Source: Chara braunii (taxonomy: Eukaryota > Plantae > Charophyceae). From it: DNA of 64,000 bases. Under the pieces are notes generated by a model. The model was not told the origin of the DNA, did no database searches, and worked only from the letters and a program-made list of their open reading frames with translations. Position numbers and translations under genes: made by a program. Shown one piece after another: positions 51,367-62,749 of this stretch. The stretch's first letter is position 1; every line of letters begins with the position of its first letter. The DNA lies in contig BFEA01000018.1 in assembly GCA_003427395.1 (NCBI GenBank), forward strand, positions 3,177,461-3,241,460, in the 5' to 3' direction.

Positions 51367-53155
51367 ATATTTGGACAGGTGGCAACCTATGTAAGGGAGG
51401 CTATGACGAGATCCACCTTTTGCTGAGTGCTAGCTAGAGGTAGACTTAGGCTTAGTTAGAAATGGTGACTTGCGTAAGATTACGATATGGAGGTTATTCT
51501 CCCTGAATGTATAGACTTAGCTTAAGATTGGCCTGTCTTGTGTTACAAGTCTCTCTGATCGATTGATTCAGGACTTGGACTAAGTTCAACTTGATCCTAC
51601 GAGGATCACCTTCTATTATCACTGATAACAGGTCGGTTGCCGACTCGTCGGTTTACGACTCAACCTCAACCCACTCTCCTTACTCAACCTAAAGAGGTTT
51701 CAGCCCTGGTGATCTTCTCTGTTTTGTTAAGGTTTCACCCGGACTTCTATTGAATGGCCATTTAACAAAGGTACTGAGTAATTTACTTAAGGTTGGTTGG
51801 CTGGAGGTTGGGGCTTGCATGGCTGAGGCAAAGGGTACGAGCATGGAGATTGGTTGGAGTTGACTCCGTGTAGTGTATGGACTTCTGCTTGACTCTTTGA
51901 TGTGATTGCAGGTATGTTCTGTGGCTTGGATTATTGGATTGGGCTGCCCTACGATCTTATATATGTGCATGAGGAGACCCACTATGGTTGTGAGATGTGA
52001 TCGTCACACGTTTTATTCCCATATATGTATATATGTGTGTATATGTGTATCTATGTGTACCTATGTAAGGTACTTGTGTAGCCTGAAGGGCCCGCGTGCT
52101 AAGGAGTTAAGCAGGGGTTGGGCTAGTAGAGAAAGGATGACCCCATTACTTATATGAGTGCTTCTTGGAGATTGCTAGTCGGACGTTGGTCCTGGGCCGG
52201 GATTCAAGGTCCTTGTCCAGGACATCCCTAGCCCTAGGCCCTGCACTGAAGGGGACTCCCCTCGGGCAGAGCCTATTTGCCTTGACCGCCAAGGCACTCG
52301 GGCCGAAAGCCAGACGTGCCGCGGCGACCGCACGGCTAGTCCTTCAGCCGTGCAATGTCGTGAAGGGCGGAACCTTCACGATACTTCGAGTCTGACACTT
52401 GAGTGTTATAAGCGGTACTCGGACCCACGAGGGACCGCACGATTATGGGCACTGCATAGTACGCCATCTTCGCGACTGCTTGTGTGCGTTGGCATTGCTA
52501 GTCGATATGAGATGGCCTACGCCCGCGCGACTTTATATTAAGTCTCGCGCACGACGCTCAGCCAATTCCCGCACTAGGAAGTTATGGGATGGGTACTAAA
52601 GGGACTAGGAGTGTGTCGCGTTGTACGTCCTTTGCGTCGTTCAGTACTCGTGTGCGTGTGTGCGTGTGCTTTACTCTTATGTACCTTATAGTGGTGTGCC
52701 CGTGGCGTGTGGGATACGTCCTAGTCGACCGGCGACGAGCCGCACTTGGCACCTCAGCCCCCTACGATGTCGGTTCGGGCGCGGGTCCGATAGAGGCGTA
52801 TTACCGCGCGTACCCCTTATGCTACAGCGAACGAGAAACGCCCTCGGCTGGTTCACCTCTGCGATTGCAGTTGATCAGCTTTCGTACTGTGGACTGGTAG
52901 CTCGGCGGGGATACGCCCACCGAAGGGAGGCGACAACTCCCATAAGGTGGAGGTAGTCGTGCCTCGCGTAGGCCCTGTCCTGTCGTAGGGGCTCGCGAGA
53001 GGTATGGCTGGCGCACCCGGCCGGAGCGGCTTACGGAAGCTCCGTGTATATACCACAATGGGGGAGTGTACTCTGACTCCTGCGTGACGCGGCCGGGAGG
53101 GTCCCGTGCTACCCGTGAGTGGTGCCGGACCGATGCGCTCGACACTCCACATTCA

Positions 53156-54590
53156 GGTGTCCAGCCCATCTGTCATTAATTTGATCCTCCAGCGCTCTCT
53201 TCGGATGGATTCTTTTACCGGGCACAACTGCTGTCCTTCGAGAAGTTTGCCGCCATTCTTGGGGGTCCATAGCCAGTTTGTGTATGGGCATTTGGGGTTG
53301 AAAGATTGTTTAGTCCTCTTCCTCCCCCAACACCCACACCCAAAACACCTACAGCTTATCCCGCCACTCGAAGGGATATCATGGAGCCTACCCCTTATTC
53401 CAACTTGGGGGTCCATTCTTACGGAAACCATGGAGCCTACCCCTTATTCCAACTATGTAATATTCCACTAATGCGTCTGAAGTTCACCCCATGTGGATCC
53501 TATTTATCCATTTTGCATCCCTTGACGAAGCAATCCAGTCCCCCTATCCCAGGGTGGGCCTGTGTTTGAGCAGCCTGTACCAGGCTAAGGGGATTGCTTC
53601 GATTATCATTTCTAGGTGCCTCTCTGTGTGATGGTAGTACCAAAGGGTATCCTGAAGTTGGGTTGCTGTTTTCCAGTCCTTTCTCCCCTGGTCCCATAGA
53701 TGTCCAACTCGAAGCACCCCTTTCTTGACCCGTCCTTTCCAAGGGGCCACCGAGTTGTGCAAGATCTGTCTATGGTGGGGGCAAATCCACCAGTTACCAG
53801 ACAGCAGTTGCCGGTACACTACCTCCCAGCGTTTCGGTGCCCGCTTCTTAGGGAGGGGAAGCCTACGCCAACTCTACAACAGTGTTGGCAAAAATTTTTC
53901 TGCTGCTTGGCTATGGATTTTACGGGGGATTGACCAATAGCGATCTTCTATCCATGTAAGCGGGTTAATCTTTGGGGGGGCGGACGTGGCCAGACAGGCA
54001 ATGTGTTCAAGGGCTAGGGTCCGCCCGGGGAAACTATCGGCATTTTCAGCCACTTGAGACAGAGGGCCTGCACCTGTGTCGTCGGGTCTATGATGCCCAG
54101 ACCCCCAACTCTTTTTGGTTGTATGACTGACTCCCATGCTACCCGACTAATGACGTTAGCCCGTTCATCATCTCCCCTCCATAAGAAAGCGGCCACCTTA
54201 GACTTTAGGGCTTGAAAGGCGGACCTGCTCAAGGGCCGTAGCACCGATTTGTACCACAACGTGGCGAACACTACATTGTTTATAGCTAGTGGTCTACCAA
54301 AAATGGAGGTGTGCTTGTTGCGCCAATTGGACAGCTTAACTGCGGCCGGTGCACAGATCCAGCCTTGTGTGGTCATGGACATGCCAGCACAAGGACGGGG
54401 GCCTGCAGAAGAAGCCAGTGTATGTTGGGGGAGTCCGGTTGTCGTCCCCTTTGATGGTGAATTCATCACCTATATCGGACACCTGAGCAAACTTGTCCAT
54501 TAAGCGTTGAATCTCCACCATGTTCTCTTGCGTAGCGTTCATCATGATAGTGAGGTTGTCCGCAAATAGCGAGCATACTGGGACAACGTC
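53156..54590 (-). pseudogene. L1-clade LINE C, ORF2 from the RT C-terminus onward; cut at 54590 by the tail of LINE D
   Basis: SLFADNL; GRPLAINNVVFATLWY; RVAWESVIQPKRVGGLGI; WRQPLLGN-like motif. Confidence 0.85.
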
Positions 54591-55772
54591 TTTTTTTTTT
54601 TTTTTTTTTTTTCTCAGAATAGCCCGAGGTGGTGGTAGGGGTGCTGATAAGAGCAGACACCGCTATCACTCTCGGGGAGGCTCCATCTATTGGTGGGGAG
54701 CTGCACCTGCTGGAAAACCGGGTACAGCGTCCCAGAACAACATGTTGACTTGTTTATGCAGACATCTGAGTATGGTAACTGATATTTGTACGGTCCATCC
54801 TCAAAGGAGGCGATTTATGACTAGGGTTACACACCTACTCAGTATCCTAAGTTGGTTGCCTACATGACTGCTATAATTTGATTGTGCGGTAGTAAACCCG
54901 AGTCCCATGGCTGCTATCTCCCTTCATTCGTGGAGCCAGGCTCTGTCACCAATGAATGGGCCGAAGTACATGTAGGCAAACTAACCTCCTGTTCCCCAAC
55001 CCTCACCCTTCGGAACATGAGTTATTTGAACAATGTTAAACAATATTAAATTGTATTAGTTATCTTTTGAGACTGCTTCGAGCTGTGGGAATTTGGTCCG
55101 TATCCAAGTATGCAGTTGAGGTTCCTGTATCTCTTCACTCATCCTCTGAGCGCCTGATTTGTCGTGATCTGTTCTGGTACTTCTGCATGCGGGGGGTTTG
55201 GGGAGTACAGACTAATCCCCTAACCCCCAACCCCTAAACCCTCAACACATTACAGTCTCTTTCATTGCAAGTCGTGGTAAGCTAGTGAAGTGAAAACCAG
55301 TGGGAATTCCAGTGTCCCTACACAACCTTATAACGGGAACGAAGTTACAGGTTTGCAGGTTCTGCCCGTATCCACATTCGCATCAGGTGAAAACCAGTGG
55401 AAATTCCAGCGTCCCTATACAGCCTTATAACTGGAACGAAGTTACAGGTTTGCAGGTTCTGCCCGTATCCACATTCGCATTAGGTGAGCCCCTTAATGAC
55501 GAAAGTTCCCAGCTCTCATATATCTCCAGTGGTCTCCTGCGTCTATTGATGTTGTTGTCCCCATATCAGTTGTTCGCCACAGTGTCTTGAAGACTTCCGG
55601 TTGTTCACATCGTCTGCAGCGGGTGTAGAGGCGGCGGGATGGTTGAGGCTCAGGGTGGGAGGGGGTCGAGAGGGGGTGGTGGCGAAAGACGGCGGGATGA
55701 TTGAGGCTCACGAGACAGGGGTGGGTCAGGGAGGAGGTGGTGGCGGGGGTAGTGAGTGGGGAGTGGGATGGG

Positions 55773-58700
55773 TTACTGCGAAGCTGGGGTAGGGGCGATT
55801 GTGTGGTGGGGATTCTGAGGGATCAGCAGAAAGTTGGTCGGTAGGTATGGGACTGAGAAATCATCTAGGGGTCTTCTCTGCCAGAATGGTTCATCCGCCC
55901 TCCAATTTTTCCATCGTATGTGGAGGTCGTCTAGGAGGTCAGAGAAGGCGCGGTGCGGGTCTTGCCAGATCTGGCAGTAGGATTCCTTCAAAGCTTCTTT
56001 GAGAGTGGCATCTCTTTCATCGTGATAGTTTTGTTTCATGGTTTTCCAAGTATATTGTGAGCGGGACCTGATCTCTTCCTCTATCGCCTGTTGTGCTTGC
56101 TGCGGACCGTATTGGTGGTCTTTTCTCTCAAAGGAGCATCTAGCTCTCCAAGCTTGCATGAGAACGTGTAGTCTCATGCATGAGAAGAGGTTAGTGGCAA
56201 ATGGAGTTCAGTGTCGTAGTAGGTGTTGGTTTTTGCCTAGCAAGATAAGGCCCAAGTCCCATGGGATATGTATGTTCATGAGCGAATGGAACGCCGCGTC
56301 CCACCACCTCCATATTTGGGCAACCATCGGGCACGCCAACAGGCAGTGTTCGGGTGTTGCCCTGGCGGGCAATGTCGTCCTACCGCAAAAGGTGCAGATG
56401 GGGGACAGTAAGCCTTTCTACTCAAGATCTATTCTCGAAACAAGCCAATCGGGGATGGGAAGACAGCGGTGTAAGATTTGCCATTGCAGGGACCTGAGGC
56501 TTGTAGGCATTAGTTTAGCATACTTGGTCCAAGGGAGGTTGTGCAGCAACTGTGGGTTCAAAGGTGAATCCCGCTCCCATCTCTGTAAGCTTGTTTGCCC
56601 AATCTAATGTTGTGGATAAGCTGCTTTGTACCCCCCTTTGACAGTATAGTCCCAATGTGCGTGGTTTGTTGGCCCGTCCATTCCCAGTCATCCAGGTCAA
56701 AGGGGAGTCGGGCAATGGACGAGGCAGGCTCATATGCCTGGTATCCGTTGTCCTGGTCGCCCACCACTCTCACGTTCATCAGGCCCGCCCACAGAGCCGC
56801 ATCCAATGTGCACCTCCCATTATGCATATTGCGTACCCTGTATACAGTCTCCGGAGTGGGCAGGTCGGTGTATCTAACCACCCAATCCTGTGATTGAATT
56901 GTCGGACCTGTTTTAAGGGTTTGCTACCAAGCTAGAGGGAGGGTGTCTATCAGTTGGCAGGCCTTTTCTTCCACGTTTCTTACATGCTTCAGCTTGGCCC
57001 GCAGTTTGTTCGGCGAGGCCCAATTTTGCTCGACAGGGTCTCAGAGATCACCGACTGTGTAGATTCTTTTTTTTTCCCAGGAGAGCCACGATGAGTTAGT
57101 TGTGAGCAGAAATAGGTTGCCAGCTTCATCCAAGATGAAAGGGTTGCTGAACAGTGGCTGTCTCCATATGGAGTGCCACCTATTGGGTGGAGGCTTCTGC
57201 TTGGGGCCTCGTTTCCTCTTCAATTTTAACATGTTTGGCCAAAGGGGGTCGTTGGGGATGTCCTCCCTGGGGGCCAGCACCGTGCATGTGGCATGCCTGT
57301 GTCAGCGGGGGGCCCGAGATTGTCCAGCGGTTGTTGGTCAACCATTGAAAGGAATGCACACAGTTGGGGGGCATAGATTCAGGTGCCAGGCCAACAATTT
57401 GCAGACAGGCCAGAGGTGCCCATGTTATGTTATTTCCCATAAGCAGTCTGATTAGCACCTTGAAAATCAAGGTCTCACTCTCCCTTTCAGGGTCCAATAT
57501 CCCCAACCCTCCTTTGGCTCTTGGTTGTGTGAGGATGTCCCAAGTCACCCCGTTCATGCAGCCCTCGGCTTTGGCGCTGTTTTTCCAAAAGTACGTGGTA
57601 GGCGCCTTTCTCAACCTGGTATATTGTTGTGGTTTCAGTGGCCACATTGCCAATTTGTACCATATGGCCGCGAGGATGGCATTGTTGATTGCCAGCGCCC
57701 GTCCCACCAGCGATGTATGCAGCCCCTCCCATCTTGCCAGGCGGTCGATGGCCATGTTCACAAGATTATCCCCGTGGTCCTGCGGAGGTCCCATTGCCGT
57801 TAGCCTTACTCCCAAAATCTTGATAGCATCTTCTTTTCTCGCCCATGATACACATGGGTCCGGTGGGGGGGGCAAGTCTTGGGGGTGGAGCCACCAGCCC
57901 TCTGTCTTAGAGCCCCAATTTATTGTCATGTCTACCGCCAATCAAAAAAGATGTATGGTTTGGGCTACCGTCTGAAGGTTGTCGGCATCTGCAAGTATAA
58001 GGATCATGAGTCATCTGCGAACAGTGACATCACCGGGATAAGGTGGTCTGGGATATCTGGGATGGGCACTGTACTAATTCTCGAGTGGGTTTTGATCTTC
58101 GCTGCAAGGGCCTCCATAACTATTACGAAAAGGATGGGTGCAATGGGGTCTCCGTGTCGTACCGACGTCTGCAGCTTTATTGGAGGCGAGAGGTGGCCGT
58201 TGAGCATTATGTTAGTAGTGGCCGGTCTATGAAAGAGCTGCACCCAATGGCAGAACTCGGGGCCGAAGTTCATTCTGATCAGGCACATATCCAGGAAACC
58301 CAGTCAACGTGGTCATACGCTTTTTCGAAGTCTATAAATAGTACAACCGCTTGGGCCTTGCGTTGCCGTGCATATTTGATGGTTTCATTGACCAGGAGGA
58401 TGTTGTCATTGCGGTTGGGCATAAAGCCCATCTGATCCGGATGAATCAGCATGTTCATATGCGGCAGCAGTCGGATGGTGAGTGCCTTGGCCACCAGTTT
58501 GTAGGGGACTGGGAGGAGAGTGATGGGTCTATAATTTCTGATGTCCTCCTTGTCCCTCTTTTTATAGATGAGCGTAGTCACTCCTTGACCAATCATGCCC
58601 CCAAAGGAACCCTCTTTCTAGACGCTCGCTATATAGTCCATCAGATCGTCTCTGAGAAGGTCCCAGAAGCACACCCATAATTCTTTTGGGAAGGAGTCAA

Positions 58701-60210
58701 TCTCAGGTGTTTTCTCGTCCTCCATATCCTACAGGGCAATCCAAATCTCGTCTGATGAGAGTGACTTGTCCAGAGCGGTTTTTTGTGTCGGTGTAAGGCA
58801 TGGTTGCACAACTGGGAGTAGCTCTTCCCTGGCTCCCCGGACGTCCCCCAGGTTCTTATTGGGAGTTCGTGATGTGAACAAATCTGTATAGTATTTGGTT
58901 GTGTAGTCTGCAATTGTATAGGCATTTGTTGCGACCGGGGCAGTGTTGTCCAGGGGTTGTCTAAGCCTGGGAACAGTAGAGGCCCGTGCTCGGGCTTTCA
59001 CTCTGTTAAAGAAGGATCTCGCTCCATCCGTATGTTCTTGTCTAATTTTGGCTTGTATCCTCCATGCCTGGGCTTGTCTTTGTAGATAGTCTTGGAGGTG
59101 CTCCCTTGCCTCTTGCAGTTTTTCGAAGGAGGGGATGTGCTGGGGGTTGTTCATGAGTTTGTCATCCCAATCTTCAAGTTCTTGCATGGGCCGATTCCAA
59201 GACCGCCTTGCGGTCTCTTGCACACTGGATGGAGAATTTCTTGGTCTTGTCCCTCAGTTGAGCAATGTCCTCATTAAACCAGGCCATGGTTTGTCGTGCT
59301 TCCGATTGTGGTTTTGTGGACCGCCAGTACTGCCAGAATTCATGAACCATGTTTGAATTTAGAGAGGGGCAACAGTGAAGTAGTGAACTTATAGAATCCA
59401 GACCCCCTCTTGATATGAGTGTGGAAAGAGAGTCCCAGCGTTATCATTATGTGGTCAAAGGATTTGCATGGGCTGATTGCAGTTATTTCCGCAGTTGTGA
59501 TTAAGCCCATCAAATCCTTGGACACCAGAGCGAGATCTATGCATGAGTTAGCCAAGCCCCAGTCCCCTCTAGAGGACAAGCATGTGAAAGCTTTTCGGGC
59601 AGGGTGCAGTATTCTGTAGGCATCTTCCAACTCCTTGTTTGCCATCAGTTGTCTGAGCATCAACGTGTCCAGGCCCAGATCCGGGGTGAGGGTATTGCTG
59701 GATTCGATCGTTGGGAGGTGGACCTTCTATCCATCGTCGGATCCAAGGTGGTGTTAAAGTCTCCGATCATTATGGCTGGGGCGTCGTCTAGAATGTGCTG
59801 GTGCAGGGTAAGCCAAAAGTCCGCCCTGTCAGTGGGATCATTGGGTGCATAGACATTGACAAGGTAGAACTCATCCTCCTCATATGCAAATTTGAGGCAC
59901 ACCCACCGTCCTTTTTTATGGTTGTGTTGTACTGCCACCGATCTTAGTCTTGAGGATGGCGGTAGCCATATTGCCACTCTAGCCGACGCTCTGTCTATTG
60001 GTGGTGCTGAGTAGCATGTGTAGGGCCAAATGAATATGGCTTTTGCTGCATGTTGAGGGGTGTCTTGGAGGTGCGTTTCTTGGATGCATACTGCATCAGG
60101 CCACCCACCAGTAATCGGGGATTTGATCATATCCCTTATGGCATTTTCTTATTTGTTGATGCTTGGATAGGGCCATTAACATTTATTGAGCGAATGTCAA
60201 TATCAGCACG
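55773..60210 (-). pseudogene. LINE D ORF2 (APE-RT-zf-RVT), frameshifted
   Basis: CIQETHL, LVNVYAPN, GDFN; NYRPITLL, DFEKAYD, VRHGDPIAP, LFADD, KGGLGI. Confidence 0.92.
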
Positions 60211-60224
60211 GGCCAACTTAGCCG

Positions 60225-62749
60225 CCCATTGGGGGGGGTTTCAAATTCGGGGGAAGACAGGGGGGGATGGGGTCCGTGGGAGTGGGCAGTGGTGGTGAGT
60301 AGACAGGGGTGCAGCCATCCTTGTGGCCTGTGCGTTAAAGAGGGCGGGCATGGGGGGGTTGGCGGTGTGTGATATGGATGTGCTGGCCTGGGTATCAATT
60401 GGGAGTTTATGTCTATGGAAGTCTGTCATATGGTTCATTCTGATAATCTGATTCACTGTCTAGCAGGCGCCTTGAATCATTAGTCCTTCATTTTGATAGG
60501 GAGGACAAAGGGGGGGTCGTCCCAGTGGTTATGTTCTTCCAGCACATTATCCTCCAGAAATGTTTGGATGAAAGTCAAGACCTTTGACTGTGTCCAGGCA
60601 ATGTTGGTTCTGAATCATGCAGTGTTGAGGCCCATGAGCTGCTGGTAACCAGGTGAAGGGGGCGTGTTGCTGCAGCCGCATTTTTGGATCCATGAGTAGT
60701 ATGACGGGGATGATGCCCTTCGGAAATGAGAGAGAGGTCGGCAACACTACACCCAAAACACCTTCCGTGCTCGTCTCACGGACCCAATATTTGAGTCTTT
60801 TGAGGATAACTGCCTTGGAGGGGTTGCCCCTTCAGCCTTCCAACGTCAGGTCATCAGGAGTGTGGTTTGCGGAGAGGCAGTATCCTGTTGTGGTGGCCTG
60901 AGGCCCAACACCCAATGCCCCCGTTTTTTTATTCTGGTGAGGGGGAGGATGACAACCCCTGGTGGCATCACAACTGGGGCGTTGTCATCCTCCTCAAGTC
61001 TCACCAGTTGCCTCAGCCCTTTGGGGGAAGTTTCAGAGGTATGGTCTTCGTCTTGTCTCAACCAAGCATGCATCCTCATCATTATGGACAATGTCAACCA
61101 CCGTGGGATGTTGTTGAGGGGGGTTGGAAGGGATTATCGCACATTTGTCGCCCTTGTTCTGCTGCTTGTCGTCCATGTGGACCGATGCATTCATGAGCTG
61201 GGGCGGTGGGCCCACAGCCTGTCGAATCGGTAATTGGCCTTGTTGCGGGTCACATCCAAGGTCTGGTGGGCCCACAGCCTGTCGAATCAGTAATTGGCCC
61301 TGTTGTGGGTCACATCCAGGGTCACATGTGGGGGTTGGGATGTTCTGGTGGCCTACGCCACCGTGATAGTTACCGCTTCTCGGCTGTGTAGAGGTCAGAT
61401 TTGGGAGGGTATATAGCGTGTTACACAACTTATGAATCAGCACTTTGGGCCAAGCTAGGCCTTCATGGAAGAAAGCCTCAGCTTGCGTTCGCGTCGCCCA
61501 TTGGGGGGGGGTTCGAATTCGGGGAAAGACAGGGGGGTATGGGGGTCGTGCGAGTGTGCAGTGGTGGTGAGTAGACAGGGGTGCAGCCATCCTTGTGGCC
61601 TGTGCGTTCAAGAGGGCGGGCGTGGGCAGGTTGTTGGTGTGTGATATGGGTGTGCTGGCCAGGGTATCAATTGGGCGTTGATGTGTGTGGAAGTCTGTCA
61701 TATGATTCATTCTGATGACCTGATTCACTATCTAGCTGGCGCCTTGAATCGTAAGTCCTTCATTTTGATAGGAAGGACGAAAGGGGGGTCGTCCCAATGG
61801 TTATGTTTTTCCAGCACATTATCCTCCAGAAATGTGTGGATGAAAGTCTAGACCTTTGACTGTGTCTAGGCAATGTTGGTTCTGAATCGTGCCATTTTGA
61901 GGCCCATGAGCAGCTGGTGAGTAAACCAGGTGAAGGGCGCGTTTTTCTGCAACCGCATCTTTGGATCCATGAGTAGTATGACGGGGATGATGCCCTTTGG
62001 AAATGAGAGAGAGGTCGGCAACACTGCACCCAACACACCTTCCTTGCTCGTCTCACGGGCCCAATATTTGAGTCTTTTGAGGATAAATGCCTTGGAGGGG
62101 TTGCCCCTCCAGCCTTCCAACGTCAGGCCATCGGGAGTGTGGTTTGCGGAGAGGCAGTATCCTGTTGTGGTGGCCTGAGGCCCAACACCCAATGCCCCTC
62201 TTTTTTTATTCTGGTGAGGGGGAGGATGACAACCCCTGGTGGCATCACAACCGGGGCGTTGTCATCCTCCTCCAGTCCCACCAGTTGCCTCAGCCCTTTG
62301 GGGGAAGTTTCAGAGCTATGGTCTTCGTCTGTCTCAACCAAGCATTCATCCTCGTCATTATGGATAATCTCAACCACCGTGGGATGTTGTTGAGGGGGGT
62401 TGGAAGGGATCATCGCATATTTGTTGCCCTTGTTCTGCTGCTCGTCGTTTCATGAGTTGGGGCGGTGGGCCCACAGCCTGTCAAATCTATAATTGGCCCT
62501 GCTGCGGGTCACATCCAAGGTCTGGTGGGCCCACATCCTGTCGAATCAGTGATTGGCCCTGTTGTGGGTCACATCCAGGGTCTCGTGTGGGGGGTGGGCT
62601 GTTCTGGTGGCCTACGCCACCGTGATAGTTACCGCTTCCCGGCCCTGTAGAGGTCAGATCTGGGAGGGTATACAGCGTGTTACACAGCTCATGAATCAGC
62701 ACTTTGGGCCAAGCTAGGCCTTTATGGAAGAAAGCCTTAGCTTGCGTTT
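60225..62749 (-). repeat. Tandem duplication of ~1.27 kb (60225-61489 and 61496-62749) in the LINE D ORF1 region
   Basis: Colinear copies, each containing an internal 60-bp tandem repeat (VGPPDLGCDPQQGQ). Confidence 0.9.

Larger units (their letters stand above)
45134..53155 (+). mobile_element. 8,022-bp apparently non-coding TG...CA insertion (candidate giant solo LTR or non-autonomous element)
   Basis: Ends TGAAT/ATTCA; TSD ggtg (45130-45133, 53156-53159); removal restores the LINE C frame DRWAGH|QQRSLLKHIEW...SLQ. Strand inferred from G-U pairs and UNCG loops. Confidence 0.8.

Noticed and set aside
55288-55490. 2 x ~100-bp tandem repeat in the LINE D 3' UTR (also short duplications at ~53380-53455 and 39010-39135)
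   Set aside because: Ordinary local duplications with no evidence of covariation.
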